Assembly: GCA_963700995.1 (NCBI GenBank)
Contig: CAVOZP010000004.1
Location: forward strand, 170,321-234,320
Source of the DNA: an uncultured Acidimicrobiales bacterium
GTDB lineage: Bacteria > Actinomycetota > Acidimicrobiia > Acidimicrobiales > JAHEJN01
Length of the DNA stretch: 64,000 nucleotides
Direction of reading: 5' to 3'
The position numbers were made by a program, and so were the translations under genes. Numbering within the stretch: the first letter of the stretch is position 1; each line of letters begins with the position of its first letter. Under the pieces are notes generated by a model. It had not been told where the DNA came from, made no database searches, and saw only the letters and a program-made list of their open reading frames with translations. Shown here one piece after another: positions 8,382-17,973 of this stretch.

Positions 8382-9545
8382 ATGAAGGTTCGTCACGCAA
8401 TCGTAATCGTTCTGTCATTTGCCCTCGCCGCCTCGACATTCGGGGTGATGGCGGCCGCTCCTGCGTCGGCTGCGAACGTGAGTCGCTGGTACTTCACCAA
8501 CCGTCTCGTCGGCGGCGTGGCCGAGCACGAAGGCGACTTCGGGTCATCAGCCGACGGCGACTTCTACGTCGGCGACTGGAACGGCGACGGCTTCGACGAC
8601 CTCGCTCGTCGAAATGGCAGTGAATTCAAACTTCTCGATCTGGTCGACGCCAGCGAACGTACGGTTGCGTTCGGCCGAGCCGACGACGAGATCTTCGTCG
8701 GCGACTTCGACGGCGATGGCATCGACACCTTGGCGCTGCGACGCGGCAATCGCTTCACCGTCCGCAACGACCTCGGCTCGAGTGGTCGTGACAGCGAGAT
8801 CGCGTTCGGCCGAGCCGCCGACGAGATATTTGTTGGTGACTTCGACGGAAACGGAACCGACACATTTGCTGTCCGGCGAGGCAACGTCTTCTACGTCCGC
8901 AACTCGGTGTCGACCGGCGCGGCGGACATCGTGTTCGGCTACGGACGGGCCGGCGACCAGATTCTGATCGGCGACTGGAACGGCACCAGGGTCGACACCT
9001 TCGCCGTGCGCCGAGCCAACCAGATCTTCGTGCGCAACGACTTTCGCACGGCGCCCGCCCACTTCAGCTTCGGATTCGGGTCGAGCACCGATGCGCTGTT
9101 CCCCGGCGACTGGAACGGTGACGGGGTCGACACCTTCGCCGTGCGCCGGGCCCTCACCGGTGTCAACGCGCTGCCGGCGCCCACGCCGTCGGCCGGCGAG
9201 ACGCAATCGGCGGAGGCGCACAGTCACGCACTACTCAATCAGTTACGCGGAGCCGCCGGCCTGAGCGGCCTCACCGTCGATCCGACCCTGACGCAATTCG
9301 CGTGGAACTGGTCGGCAACCATGGCGGCGACCGGGTTCAGCCACAGCGGTGGCCCGTACGGGGAGAACATCGCCTACATCGGATCACCCAACTCCGGTGT
9401 CCAGGAGGCGGCCGCGACCTTCCACCAGATGTGGGCGGACAGCGCAGGTCACTACGCCAATATGGTCAATGCCGGCTACACACGCGTCGGGATCGGCTTC
9501 TTCCGAAACGGCTCGGGTTGGTGGGCGACACACGTGTTCACCTGA
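8382..9545 (+). CDS. Secreted protein: five FG-GAP/VCBS-like repeats fused to a C-terminal CAP/SCP (PR-1-like) domain
   Basis: Signal peptide 'MKVRHAIVIVLSFALAASTFGVMAAAPASA'. About 43-aa repeats '(A)FGRAxDEIFVGDFDGDGxDTFAVRRGN.F.VRN'. C-terminus 'FSHSGGPYGENIAYIG...HYANMVNAGYTRVGIGF' is CAP-domain-like. Confidence 0.8.
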   Translation: MKVRHAIVIVLSFALAASTFGVMAAAPASAANVSRWYFTNRLVGGVAEHEGDFGSSADGDFYVGDWNGDGFDDLARRNGSEFKLLDLVDASERTVAFGRADDEIFVGDFDGDGIDTLALRRGNRFTVRNDLGSSGRDSEIAFGRAADEIFVGDFDGNGTDTFAVRRGNVFYVRNSVSTGAADIVFGYGRAGDQILIGDWNGTRVDTFAVRRANQIFVRNDFRTAPAHFSFGFGSSTDALFPGDWNGDGVDTFAVRRALTGVNALPAPTPSAGETQSAEAHSHALLNQLRGAAGLSGLTVDPTLTQFAWNWSATMAATGFSHSGGPYGENIAYIGSPNSGVQEAAATFHQMWADSAGHYANMVNAGYTRVGIGFFRNGSGWWATHVFT

Positions 9546-9621
9546 TCGCACTGGCCATCGAGAGCCCGCGCCGGCGAACGACGGGTCGGCAACAGGATGG
9601 GCTGCCGACTAGGTTCCGACG

Positions 9622-10005
9622 ATGATCGATCCCAAGGTTCGCGAGCTCTGCCAGGCGAAGAATTTCGCCACGCTCACCACCCTCTTCGCCGATGGCACGC
9701 CGCAGACCAACGTGATGTGGGTCGACTGCGACGACGACCACATCCTGATCAACACCGAGGTGCATCGCGCCAAGGCGAAGAACATTGCGGCTGACCCGCG
9801 AGTGACCGTCATGGTCTGGGACCTCGCCAATCCGTACTCCTACGCCGAGGTGCGGGGCCGAGTGGTCGAGGCGGTCACCGGCGACGTTGCCCGCGCCCAC
9901 ATCGACGCGCTGGCCCAGAAGTACATGGGACTCGACTACCCGAACCCGGTCGAGTCCGAGCGCGTCATTTTCCGCATCGCCCCCGATCGACAAATCCACC
10001 GCTGA
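9622..10005 (+). CDS. PPOX-class (pyridoxamine 5'-phosphate oxidase-like) probable F420-dependent enzyme
   Basis: 127 aa. 'FATLTTLFADGTPQTNVMWVDCDDDHILINTEVHRAKAKNIAADPRVTV' is the typical split-barrel PPOX pattern. Confidence 0.8.
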   Translation: MIDPKVRELCQAKNFATLTTLFADGTPQTNVMWVDCDDDHILINTEVHRAKAKNIAADPRVTVMVWDLANPYSYAEVRGRVVEAVTGDVARAHIDALAQKYMGLDYPNPVESERVIFRIAPDRQIHR

Positions 10006-10106
10006 GCCACCGGCGACCCCTGGCCGCTGAGCCCGCCGCACTGGGTCGCACGGCCCATTCAGGTGGTTTTGCTCAGGCGGCGGCCCGCCGACGTCGAAGG
10101 GCGGAT

Positions 10107-12182
10107 GTGGCTCAGGAGCAGATAGATCGCGAAGTTCCAGACATCGACGTCGAGGACCCACCAGCCAGAGTCGACACCAACAAGCGCCGGCTTCTCGGTC
10201 TCGCCGGCGGCGTGGCATCGTTGGCCAGCGTGTGCGGCCTCATCAAGACGGCCAACGATCCCGAAGCTGCGATCGACGACGTCGACGGAGCCGAAGCAGG
10301 TGGCGCCGACGTCGAGTCGAACGGCCAGACCGCCCCGGAGGTCAGCGAGCCTTCGGCCGCGCCATCACGATCCGGCGAGGTTCCGGCCGGAGACGACGGC
10401 TGGAGTGGTTCGGATCTGCCCGGCACGGGTCGGCCGACCGAGTTCGGCCTGCCGTCGGACTGGAGCCCCTTCGGTGGCGGCAAACCGTCGGAGCTCGGGT
10501 TCGTCGTCGACCCCGACGCCCCGTCGGCCAGCCCCGTCGTACCGGTGGGAACGCAACTGCTGAAGACACCCGCGCCGACTCCGACGGTCGGGCCGGCGCC
10601 CACGCCCGTCCCGACGACCGCGCCGGCTCCGACACCTACCGCAGCGCCGACGGTCGCGCCGACGCCGACGCCGACGCCGACGCCGCCCCCTCCGGCACCG
10701 ATTGCGTCGGCCACGATCGTCGCCAATCGTGCGACATTCGGTGCGACCCCCGGCGCGATCGCCCAGATCGAGCAGATGGGAGTAGCCGCGTGGGTCGACG
10801 CCCAGCTCGCCCCGGGCGCCATCGATGATTCACCGGTCGACGCACTGCTCGCCGGCTACTCGACCCTCACCAACTCGAATGCCGCCAACTGGGCGGTGCT
10901 CCAGGGGGAAGAAGTCGACGGCCTCGGTTCTCGTCGTATCTTCGGCGAGCTCTCCCACGCCACGTTCTTGCGGGCCCTGTACTCGCAGCGTCAGCTGTTC
11001 GAGGTCATGTGCGACTTCTGGACGAACCATTTCACCGTCTACCTCGCCGACCGGTACGCGTTCCGTCACCTCACAACCGAGGCCGACCGCATCGTCACCC
11101 GGGCGCACGCCCTGGGCCGCTTCGACGAGATGCTCCTGGCCAGTGCCAAGAGCCCGGCCATGCTGACCTACCTGCACAACTATCGGTCGAACGCGAACTC
11201 GAACAGCGATGTCAACGAGAACTACGGCCGAGAGCTCCTCGAGCTCCACACGCTCGGCATCATCGACGGTCTCCAGATCTACACGGAAGCCGATGTCCGG
11301 GCCGCCGCCCAGGTGCTCTCGGGGTGGAGCATCGACGAGAACGGCGACGCCGACACCTTCCTCTTCCGGGAGAACTACCACTTCGACGGCCCAGTCTCGC
11401 TACTGGGTGGCGAGTGGTCACGCCCCGATCGCTCGGGAGCCTCCGCCGCCCAGAAGCTGGCCGACGGCGAAAACTTGATTGCCTTCTTGGCTCACCATCC
11501 CCGAACCGCCGAGTACCTCAGCTGGAAGCTCTGTCGTCGGCTGTTCGCCGATGATCCGCCGGCCGCGCTGGTCTCCCGCCTGGCCGGGGTGTACCTGGCC
11601 AACGACACGGCCATCGGACCATGGGTCAAGGAACTGCTCGTCAGCCCAGAGATGGCGGCCGCCGACGGCACCAAGCTTCGCCGCGGCTTCGAGTTGCTCA
11701 CCGCCTACATGCGCACCCTCGGCGCGGCCGTCGACAACGATCCCTTCGGCGAGACCTCCGAACGGTTGCACAGCCTGTCGTACTATGCCGGCACCCTCGA
11801 GCAGCTTCGCCAGCAGCTCTTCGGCCACGTCTCACCCGACGGCTACCCCGAAGACGCCGACGACTGGATCAGCGCCGACTCGATGCTCCGCCGCTGGGAG
11901 ATCGCCGGACTGCTCACCCACAACGCTCTCGACGACGGCATCGTGATCAACCTGAGTGCCCTGGTGCCGTCTCCCCTCCCGGCGACGTGGGGCGGACTCG
12001 TCGACGCCCTGATCACCCGCCTGACGTCGCGTGCACCGGAGCCCAGCGCCCAGACCGCGTTGCTCGGCCGCGCCGGTCACGCCGCAGCCGACGCCCTCGC
12101 TCCTGCCGACCTGACCGATGGTGACCTCGTTGCCGACCTCATTGGATTGACGCTATGCCTTCCGCTCTTCCATCATCGCTGA
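10107..12182 (+). CDS. DUF1800 domain protein with N-terminal membrane anchor and Pro/Thr/Ala linker
   Basis: 'LYSQRQLFEVMCDFWTNHFTV', 'NENYGRELLELHTLG' are DUF1800 blocks. Linker 'PAPTPTVGPAPTPVPTTAPAPTPTAAPTVAPTPTPTPTPPPPAP'. Confidence 0.85.
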   Translation: MAQEQIDREVPDIDVEDPPARVDTNKRRLLGLAGGVASLASVCGLIKTANDPEAAIDDVDGAEAGGADVESNGQTAPEVSEPSAAPSRSGEVPAGDDGWSGSDLPGTGRPTEFGLPSDWSPFGGGKPSELGFVVDPDAPSASPVVPVGTQLLKTPAPTPTVGPAPTPVPTTAPAPTPTAAPTVAPTPTPTPTPPPPAPIASATIVANRATFGATPGAIAQIEQMGVAAWVDAQLAPGAIDDSPVDALLAGYSTLTNSNAANWAVLQGEEVDGLGSRRIFGELSHATFLRALYSQRQLFEVMCDFWTNHFTVYLADRYAFRHLTTEADRIVTRAHALGRFDEMLLASAKSPAMLTYLHNYRSNANSNSDVNENYGRELLELHTLGIIDGLQIYTEADVRAAAQVLSGWSIDENGDADTFLFRENYHFDGPVSLLGGEWSRPDRSGASAAQKLADGENLIAFLAHHPRTAEYLSWKLCRRLFADDPPAALVSRLAGVYLANDTAIGPWVKELLVSPEMAAADGTKLRRGFELLTAYMRTLGAAVDNDPFGETSERLHSLSYYAGTLEQLRQQLFGHVSPDGYPEDADDWISADSMLRRWEIAGLLTHNALDDGIVINLSALVPSPLPATWGGLVDALITRLTSRAPEPSAQTALLGRAGHAAADALAPADLTDGDLVADLIGLTLCLPLFHHR

Positions 12183-13465
12183 GCCGACCGACCCGGCGGC
12201 AGTTCATCGCTGCTGCCGGCGCCACGGCGGCCGCCACCGGTTTCACCACCGGCGTGTTGCCCGGCGGAACTCGGCTGGCCTTCGGTGAGCCCAACAACGC
12301 CGCGCGCGGCGATGTGCTCGTCCAGGTATTCCTCGATGGCGGAGCCGATGGGCTGAGCCTCGTGCCACCGGTTTTCGACTCGAATCTGAACGCCGACTAT
12401 CAGGCCCTCCGCAACGACGGCGTGTTCAACATTGCCATCGACCCCGCCGATGCCATCCAGCTCTACGGCTCACCGCTCGGGCTGCACCCCGCCATGGCTC
12501 CCCTCACGCAGGCGGTGACCGACGCGAACCTCGCCGTCGTTCATGCCGTGGGGTCTCCCGCGTCGCTCACCGCGACTCGGAGCCACTTCGAGGCCCAGGA
12601 GGTCTGGCAGCGTTGTGGTCTGCCTGCCGCGGTCCCCACCGGCTGGATGGGGCGTCATCTCCAGACGTCGGGTGACTCGGGCGGAGCGCTCCCCGGCGTC
12701 TCCTCCTCGTCGGCGCTTCATGTGGCCATGCGAGGCAGCACCTCGGCCGTGGCCATCAACTCCATCAACGGATTCGACGTGTTCGGATACTCCGACACCA
12801 GTGCGGCCGAGAGCTCGCTCATGACCATGTACAACTCGGCGAGTGGGAACTTCGCGGCGACCGGTAGCCGTGCCCTCAACGCGGTGAGTGTGGTGAGCGC
12901 GATCGATACGAACGATCCGGCTCTCCAACCGCAGAACGGTGCCGTGTATCCCAGCGGCGGCTTCGCCAACGACCTGCGCGAGGTTGCCCAGCTCATTCGG
13001 GCCAACCTCGGGCTGCAGGCCGTGACCGCCCGCACCGGCGGCTGGGACACCCACGACGATCATGGCATCGCAACCTCGGGCAACCGGATCTATGACCGAA
13101 TCTTCGGGCTCGCTGCGGCGCTCGGTGCCTTCTACCAGGACCTGGGCTCCGACATCGGCGAGGTGACCATCGTCGTGCTCTCGGAGTTCGGTCGCACCAT
13201 CGGGGTCAACGGCAACGGTGGCACCGACCACGGCCGGGGCTCGGTGATGTTCGCCATCGGCGGCGGAATCAACGGTGGCGTCTACGGCGATCTGCCGACC
13301 GAGATCGTCGACGGACCCGAGGGCGACCTGATCGTGCTCAACGACTTCCGCCAGGTTCTCTCCGAGATCGTCATGCAACGGCTGGGCAACGCGGCGAACA
13401 TGGGGGCGATCTTCCCGAACTTCACCCCGCTCGCGACCCCGCTCGGGATCGCCGCTCCGAGCTGA
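12155..13465 (+). CDS. DUF1501 domain protein (sulfatase-fold-like) with Tat signal
   Basis: 'RRQFIAAAGATAAATGF' twin-arginine signal. 'GGWDTHDDH', 'SEFGRT...NGNGGTDHG' are DUF1501 blocks. Overlaps the DUF1800 gene by 28 bp. Confidence 0.85.
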   Translation: MPSALPSSLSRPTRRQFIAAAGATAAATGFTTGVLPGGTRLAFGEPNNAARGDVLVQVFLDGGADGLSLVPPVFDSNLNADYQALRNDGVFNIAIDPADAIQLYGSPLGLHPAMAPLTQAVTDANLAVVHAVGSPASLTATRSHFEAQEVWQRCGLPAAVPTGWMGRHLQTSGDSGGALPGVSSSSALHVAMRGSTSAVAINSINGFDVFGYSDTSAAESSLMTMYNSASGNFAATGSRALNAVSVVSAIDTNDPALQPQNGAVYPSGGFANDLREVAQLIRANLGLQAVTARTGGWDTHDDHGIATSGNRIYDRIFGLAAALGAFYQDLGSDIGEVTIVVLSEFGRTIGVNGNGGTDHGRGSVMFAIGGGINGGVYGDLPTEIVDGPEGDLIVLNDFRQVLSEIVMQRLGNAANMGAIFPNFTPLATPLGIAAPS

Positions 13466-13552
13466 TCCCTCGCCGACCGAAAATCGGTGACGCGGGTGTA
13501 AGCCATGGCGCCGTCGTCGGTCTCCATCGACACCAACGATGTCGAGGAGACC

Positions 13553-14233
13553 ATGATGACCACCTTCACCACAGCCGTTCGAACCGCTGCCCTCACGGGC
13601 GCACTGGCCGTCCTGGGCACCGCAGCACCGGTCTCGGCCGGATTCGCGCCCAACCCGGCACCGTCGGTGTGCCTCGGCCAGCGGGTGACGATCACGGGCA
13701 CTCCGGGCAACGACGTGATCGTGGGCACGCCTGGCGACGACGTGATCGTCGCCCTGGCCGGAGACGACCTCGTCGTCGGTATGGGCGGCAACGACACGAT
13801 CTGTGCGGGATACGGAGACGACACGGTCTACGGCGACTACCAGGAGTTCTCGGGCATTCGGGGCGGCGACGACCGCATCGACGGCAGCAACGGCGCCGAT
13901 GAGCTCCATGGCGGTGCCGGGCGCGACGAGATGTCGGGTGGCCGCCACGCCGACGTGATGTTCGGTGGACGCGGAAACGACCGGATGGGCGGCGGCTCGG
14001 GAGACGACCAAATGCTCGGCATGCAGGGCAGCGACTCGGTGAGTGGCGGCTCCGGCGACGACGTCATCGACGTCCACGCCTACGACGATGACGGCGCCGA
14101 CCGGGCCCACGGCGGCTCCGGCGACGACGAGATCTGGTCGGCCGACGGTGTGGGCAACGACGACGTCGACGGCGGAAGCGACGCCGATCAGTGCACCACC
14201 GATCCGGGCGACGCCGTCAGCGCCTGCGAGTAG
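13553..14233 (+). CDS. Secreted calcium-binding protein with RTX/hemolysin-type GGxGxD repeats
   Basis: Signal peptide 'MMTTFTTAVRTAALTGALAVLGTAAPVSA' after a GAGGAGA RBS. Repeats 'GTPGNDVIVGTPGDDVIV', 'GGAGRDEMSGGRHADVMFGGRGNDRMGGGSGDDQMLG'. Confidence 0.8.
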   Translation: MMTTFTTAVRTAALTGALAVLGTAAPVSAGFAPNPAPSVCLGQRVTITGTPGNDVIVGTPGDDVIVALAGDDLVVGMGGNDTICAGYGDDTVYGDYQEFSGIRGGDDRIDGSNGADELHGGAGRDEMSGGRHADVMFGGRGNDRMGGGSGDDQMLGMQGSDSVSGGSGDDVIDVHAYDDDGADRAHGGSGDDEIWSADGVGNDDVDGGSDADQCTTDPGDAVSACE

Positions 14234-14247
14234 TCGGAAACGAGTGC

Positions 14248-15942
14248 TCAGCCGGTGAACTCGGGCTGCAGGATGGGGCTCGGAGCGGGAAGCACCGAAC
14301 ACCCGATCAGGCCGATGGCCAAGGTGCCACGATCGACCACGACGAGGCCGTCGAGGTCCATGACGGCGACGGCCTCCATCACCGGCTGCCCCCCGAAGCC
14401 GCCGATGGTGTCGATGACGCCGAGGAGCATTCCGTCGGTGGCCGAGAAGGCCACGAAACCGTTGGTGGAGTCGGCCACCCAGATGCGGCCGTCAGCTGCG
14501 GTGAGGTCGTGCACCGTCGGCCCAGACGGGTAGCTGGCCGCCGACACCACGGTCGTCTCTGCCCCGCCGTTGGTCGACTGCGACGTCACGCTTCCGTCAG
14601 GGTAGAGCCGATAGGCGAGGCCGATCCCGTCGTCGACGTATGCCGCCACGATCGGTATCCCGGATCCGGGGAGCACGGCGAGCGCAGGAGGGTAGACCGA
14701 GCGGAGATTGCCCGCCAGATCGACGGTGCGGATCGTCCCCGTGGCGTCGGCCAGCCCCACTGCATCGGCCGACACGGGTTCGATGGACCCGCTCGGGACG
14801 AAGGCGACACCACGCTGCCCGGTGGTCGAGTCGACGAGCGCGTGGACCGCGCCGCCTGCCCCGGCAACCGCCCGTATGACGCTGGCGCCGAATTCGTTGG
14901 CCTGGAATCCGACCACCTTGTTCCCGGCGACCGAGACGATGGCGCCGCTCTGCGTGTCGATCCTCGAGACGATCCACCGACCGTCCGCTTCGGATCCTCG
15001 CCCCAGGGCATGTCCCGGCGCATCGGTGACGAATCCTGGTCGAGACAAGGGCGTCGTGACGACGGCCGGATCGGCCAGGGACGGCGCGGCATAGAAGGTC
15101 TCGCCGTTGGTGGCAAGGAGCCTGCCGTCGGCGAGAATCGCCGGTTCGGCTGCGTTGACGCCATCGGGGAAGCCGAACGGGTACGACTCGGCGATCGTGC
15201 CGTCGTCCGCGTACACCGTTGTCGACTCGCCCACCTGCACCAGCCGGTCGGTGGCCGGGTCGATGGTGAAGCCGGCCAGTCCGCCAACCCCGGTGAACTC
15301 GAGCTCGACGGAGCCGTCGCGGTTCACCCGCTGGAGGGTGCGCTCCAGCGTGGCCGGAACGGGCACATCGAGGTAGAGCCGTCCGGCGCGGTCGCTCGCA
15401 ATCGGTGTCGCAAAGGTGGGCAACGGTCGTAGTACGCGGGTGACGGAGCCGTCGGTGATCGACGCCAGAGAGATTCCCGTGCTCACGTTGTACGTGAACA
15501 ACGACGTGGCGTCGGCCCAGAAGGACGACGTGGGCCGGAACGGCTTCTCGATCGGCACCATCACGGCCGACTCGGCGACGGGGTCGACGATCCAGGTTGC
15601 GGCCTCACTCGTACTGGACACGGCGAGACGCCCGTCGTCTCCGACGTCGATCTGTGTCAGGAGGTGGTTCTGGAGGAAGCTCGACTGCCACGCTCCACCG
15701 GCATCGAACAAGTGAACACCGCTCGGGCCGACGGTGGCGAGGCCACCGGAGGCAAGCGCGGCGACGCGCAAGGGAGCGAATGTGTTCACCGATGCGGTCG
15801 CGTCGCAACCCTGCACCGCGGCCTGGTCGACGGCCAGGTCGTCCTGGCTGTGGGCTGCTCCCGGTAGTGCGGCGACGATCGCGAGGGCGCACGCAACGAC
15901 GGCCCATCCGACGATCGAGCCATGGTGCTGTCGCTTTCGCAT
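14248..15942 (-). CDS. Secreted hypothetical protein, probably repeat/beta-propeller-like
   Basis: Start at ATG 15942 gives signal peptide 'MRKRQHHGSIVGWAVVACALAIVAALPGAAHS'. Long Gly/Asp/Val-rich ORF with GC3 bias. No family recognised with confidence. Confidence 0.6.
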   Translation of the reverse strand: MRKRQHHGSIVGWAVVACALAIVAALPGAAHSQDDLAVDQAAVQGCDATASVNTFAPLRVAALASGGLATVGPSGVHLFDAGGAWQSSFLQNHLLTQIDVGDDGRLAVSSTSEAATWIVDPVAESAVMVPIEKPFRPTSSFWADATSLFTYNVSTGISLASITDGSVTRVLRPLPTFATPIASDRAGRLYLDVPVPATLERTLQRVNRDGSVELEFTGVGGLAGFTIDPATDRLVQVGESTTVYADDGTIAESYPFGFPDGVNAAEPAILADGRLLATNGETFYAAPSLADPAVVTTPLSRPGFVTDAPGHALGRGSEADGRWIVSRIDTQSGAIVSVAGNKVVGFQANEFGASVIRAVAGAGGAVHALVDSTTGQRGVAFVPSGSIEPVSADAVGLADATGTIRTVDLAGNLRSVYPPALAVLPGSGIPIVAAYVDDGIGLAYRLYPDGSVTSQSTNGGAETTVVSAASYPSGPTVHDLTAADGRIWVADSTNGFVAFSATDGMLLGVIDTIGGFGGQPVMEAVAVMDLDGLVVVDRGTLAIGLIGCSVLPAPSPILQPEFTG

Positions 15943-16066
15943 GTCAGGGTCCCCGTTCAGGCCTCCATCGATCCCGACCATCACCTTCGCACAGCACGAC
16001 GGATACGTGTCGGGCATCGTCTCGGCTCATGGGCGGCGCGGTTTCGGATGGCTTACGATCGCAGCC

Positions 16067-17023
16067 GTGACTCGTACCGCCCTGCAGCTCGGTGCCCATG
16101 TCGGCCAGCAGAACATGACCATGGACGAGATGCGATCATTGTGGCGCACGCTCGATGCCAACGGCATGGAGTGGATCTCCGCATGGGATCACCTCTACGA
16201 GGCCCCACCTGCCGGCGGGACGGTTCCCCACTTCGAGGCGATCGCTACGTTGGGCGCCATGGCCGCCGACACCCACAACGCCCGGCTCGGCTGCCTGGTC
16301 TTCTATGTCGGCTACCGCAATCCCGGGCTGTTGGCCAAGGCCGCGGTGGCCATCGATCACATATCGGGGGGTCGCTTCGAGATCGGCCTCGGCGCCGGCT
16401 GGCACGAGTGGGAGGCCGAGGCGTTCGGCTATGACTTTCCCTCGCTCGGCACGCGATTCGACATGCTCGACGACGCCACCGTGCTCATCAAGAGCCTGTT
16501 CACCGAGGAGCGCACCACCCATCATGGACCGCATTTCCGGGCCGAGAACGCGTCGATGGTGCCCGGCCCCGTTCGCGGCCACATCCCGCTCTGGATCGGC
16601 GGTATCGGCGAGAAGCGCACCTTGGGATTGGTGGCCCGCGAGGCCGACGGTTGGAACTCCGCCTACCTCTCGGTCGACGAGTTCACCCGGCTGCAGGGCG
16701 TGCTCGAACAGCGCTGCGACGAGGTCGGCCGCGACCCTGCCACCATCGAGAAGTCGGTGAACCTCATGTTCAACCTCGGTGTCGACGAGGCCTCGGCCGG
16801 TCGAGCGGCCGCGCAACTGGTGGCCGACTGGGGCCCGCTGGCCGACCGCATCCGGGACGGCGCCCTGCTTGGCACTCCCGATCAGGCCATCGAGTCGATC
16901 CTCGCCTACCGCGAGGCTGGTGCCGATCTCGTCAACATCGCCATACGCATGCCAGTCGACCCCGAGGTGCTCGACGCCTATCTCACCCATACCGTCCCTG
17001 CTGTGCGCGCCGCCGCCGGCTGA
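16067..17023 (+). CDS. LLM-class (luciferase-like) F420-dependent oxidoreductase
   Basis: Start at in-frame GTG 16067 ('VTRTALQLGAHVGQQNMTMDEM..'). 'ISAWDHLY', 'ISGGRFEIGLGAGWHEWE', 'IPLWIGGIGEKRTL' are LLM blocks. Confidence 0.8.
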   Translation: MTRTALQLGAHVGQQNMTMDEMRSLWRTLDANGMEWISAWDHLYEAPPAGGTVPHFEAIATLGAMAADTHNARLGCLVFYVGYRNPGLLAKAAVAIDHISGGRFEIGLGAGWHEWEAEAFGYDFPSLGTRFDMLDDATVLIKSLFTEERTTHHGPHFRAENASMVPGPVRGHIPLWIGGIGEKRTLGLVAREADGWNSAYLSVDEFTRLQGVLEQRCDEVGRDPATIEKSVNLMFNLGVDEASAGRAAAQLVADWGPLADRIRDGALLGTPDQAIESILAYREAGADLVNIAIRMPVDPEVLDAYLTHTVPAVRAAAG

Positions 17024-17040
17024 AACAAGGAGCTCGATTC

Positions 17041-17955
17041 ATGCCCGCCGACGATTTCGAGGTTCTCGATCCGCGATTCGAACACCTGGTGAAACAGAGC
17101 GCTCACGTCGACCACCTCTGGACCGGCGCGCGCTGGACCGAGGGGCCGGCATGGGTCCCGGCCGGCCGCAGCCTGTTCTTCAGCGACATCCCCAACGACC
17201 GTCTCCTCCGGTTCGACGAGTCGAACGGCCGGGTCGGCGTGTTCCGAGAAGGCCAGCAGCGGTACTGCAACGGCAACACGATCGATCGACAGGGCCGGTT
17301 GGTGTCGTGTGAACACGGTGGCCGCCGGGTGACCCGCATCGAACACGATGGTTCGGTCACGGTCGTGGCCGACCGCTTCGACGGCAAACGGCTCAACTCG
17401 CCCAACGACGTCGTGGTGCGTTCCGACGAGTCGATCTGGTTCACCGACCCGAGCTACGGCATCGACTCCGACTACGAGGGGTTCGCCGCCGAGAGCGAGA
17501 TCGGCGGCGACAACGTCTACCGCGTCGACCCCGTAGACGGTTCCGTGACAATGGTGACCGATCGCCTCGTGCGTCCCAACGGCCTGGCCTTCTCACCCGA
17601 CGAGCGTTTCCTGTACGTCGTCGACTCGTCGGGTCCGAAACTGGGCGGCGAGCGCAACATGCGGCGCTTCGACGTGCACGACGACGGCACCCTCGGCGGC
17701 GGCGACGTGTTCGCCGAACCGTCGGTCGGGACCTTCGACGGCTTCCGGGTCGACACGGCCGGCCGTATCTGGACCAGCGATGGCGACGGCGTCAGCTGCA
17801 TCGACGTCGACGGCACCCTGCTCGGCCGGGTGAACGTGCCCGAAGGAGTGTCGAACGTGACCTTCGGCGGCGCCAAGCTCAACCGGCTGTTCATCACCGC
17901 GACGACCTCGATCTACGCAGTGCTGCTGCCCGTCAACGGCATGGCTCTGCTGTAG
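17041..17955 (+). CDS. SMP-30/gluconolactonase/LRE-family hydrolase
   Basis: 'WTEGPAWVPAGRSLFFSDIPNDRLLRFD', 'NGNTIDRQGRLVSCEHGGRRVTR', 'LNSPNDVVV..D.SIWFTDPSYG', 'PNGLAFSPDE' are six-bladed lactonase motifs. Confidence 0.85.
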   Translation: MPADDFEVLDPRFEHLVKQSAHVDHLWTGARWTEGPAWVPAGRSLFFSDIPNDRLLRFDESNGRVGVFREGQQRYCNGNTIDRQGRLVSCEHGGRRVTRIEHDGSVTVVADRFDGKRLNSPNDVVVRSDESIWFTDPSYGIDSDYEGFAAESEIGGDNVYRVDPVDGSVTMVTDRLVRPNGLAFSPDERFLYVVDSSGPKLGGERNMRRFDVHDDGTLGGGDVFAEPSVGTFDGFRVDTAGRIWTSDGDGVSCIDVDGTLLGRVNVPEGVSNVTFGGAKLNRLFITATTSIYAVLLPVNGMALL

Positions 17956-17973
17956 GCCGACCGGCGCCCGAGC

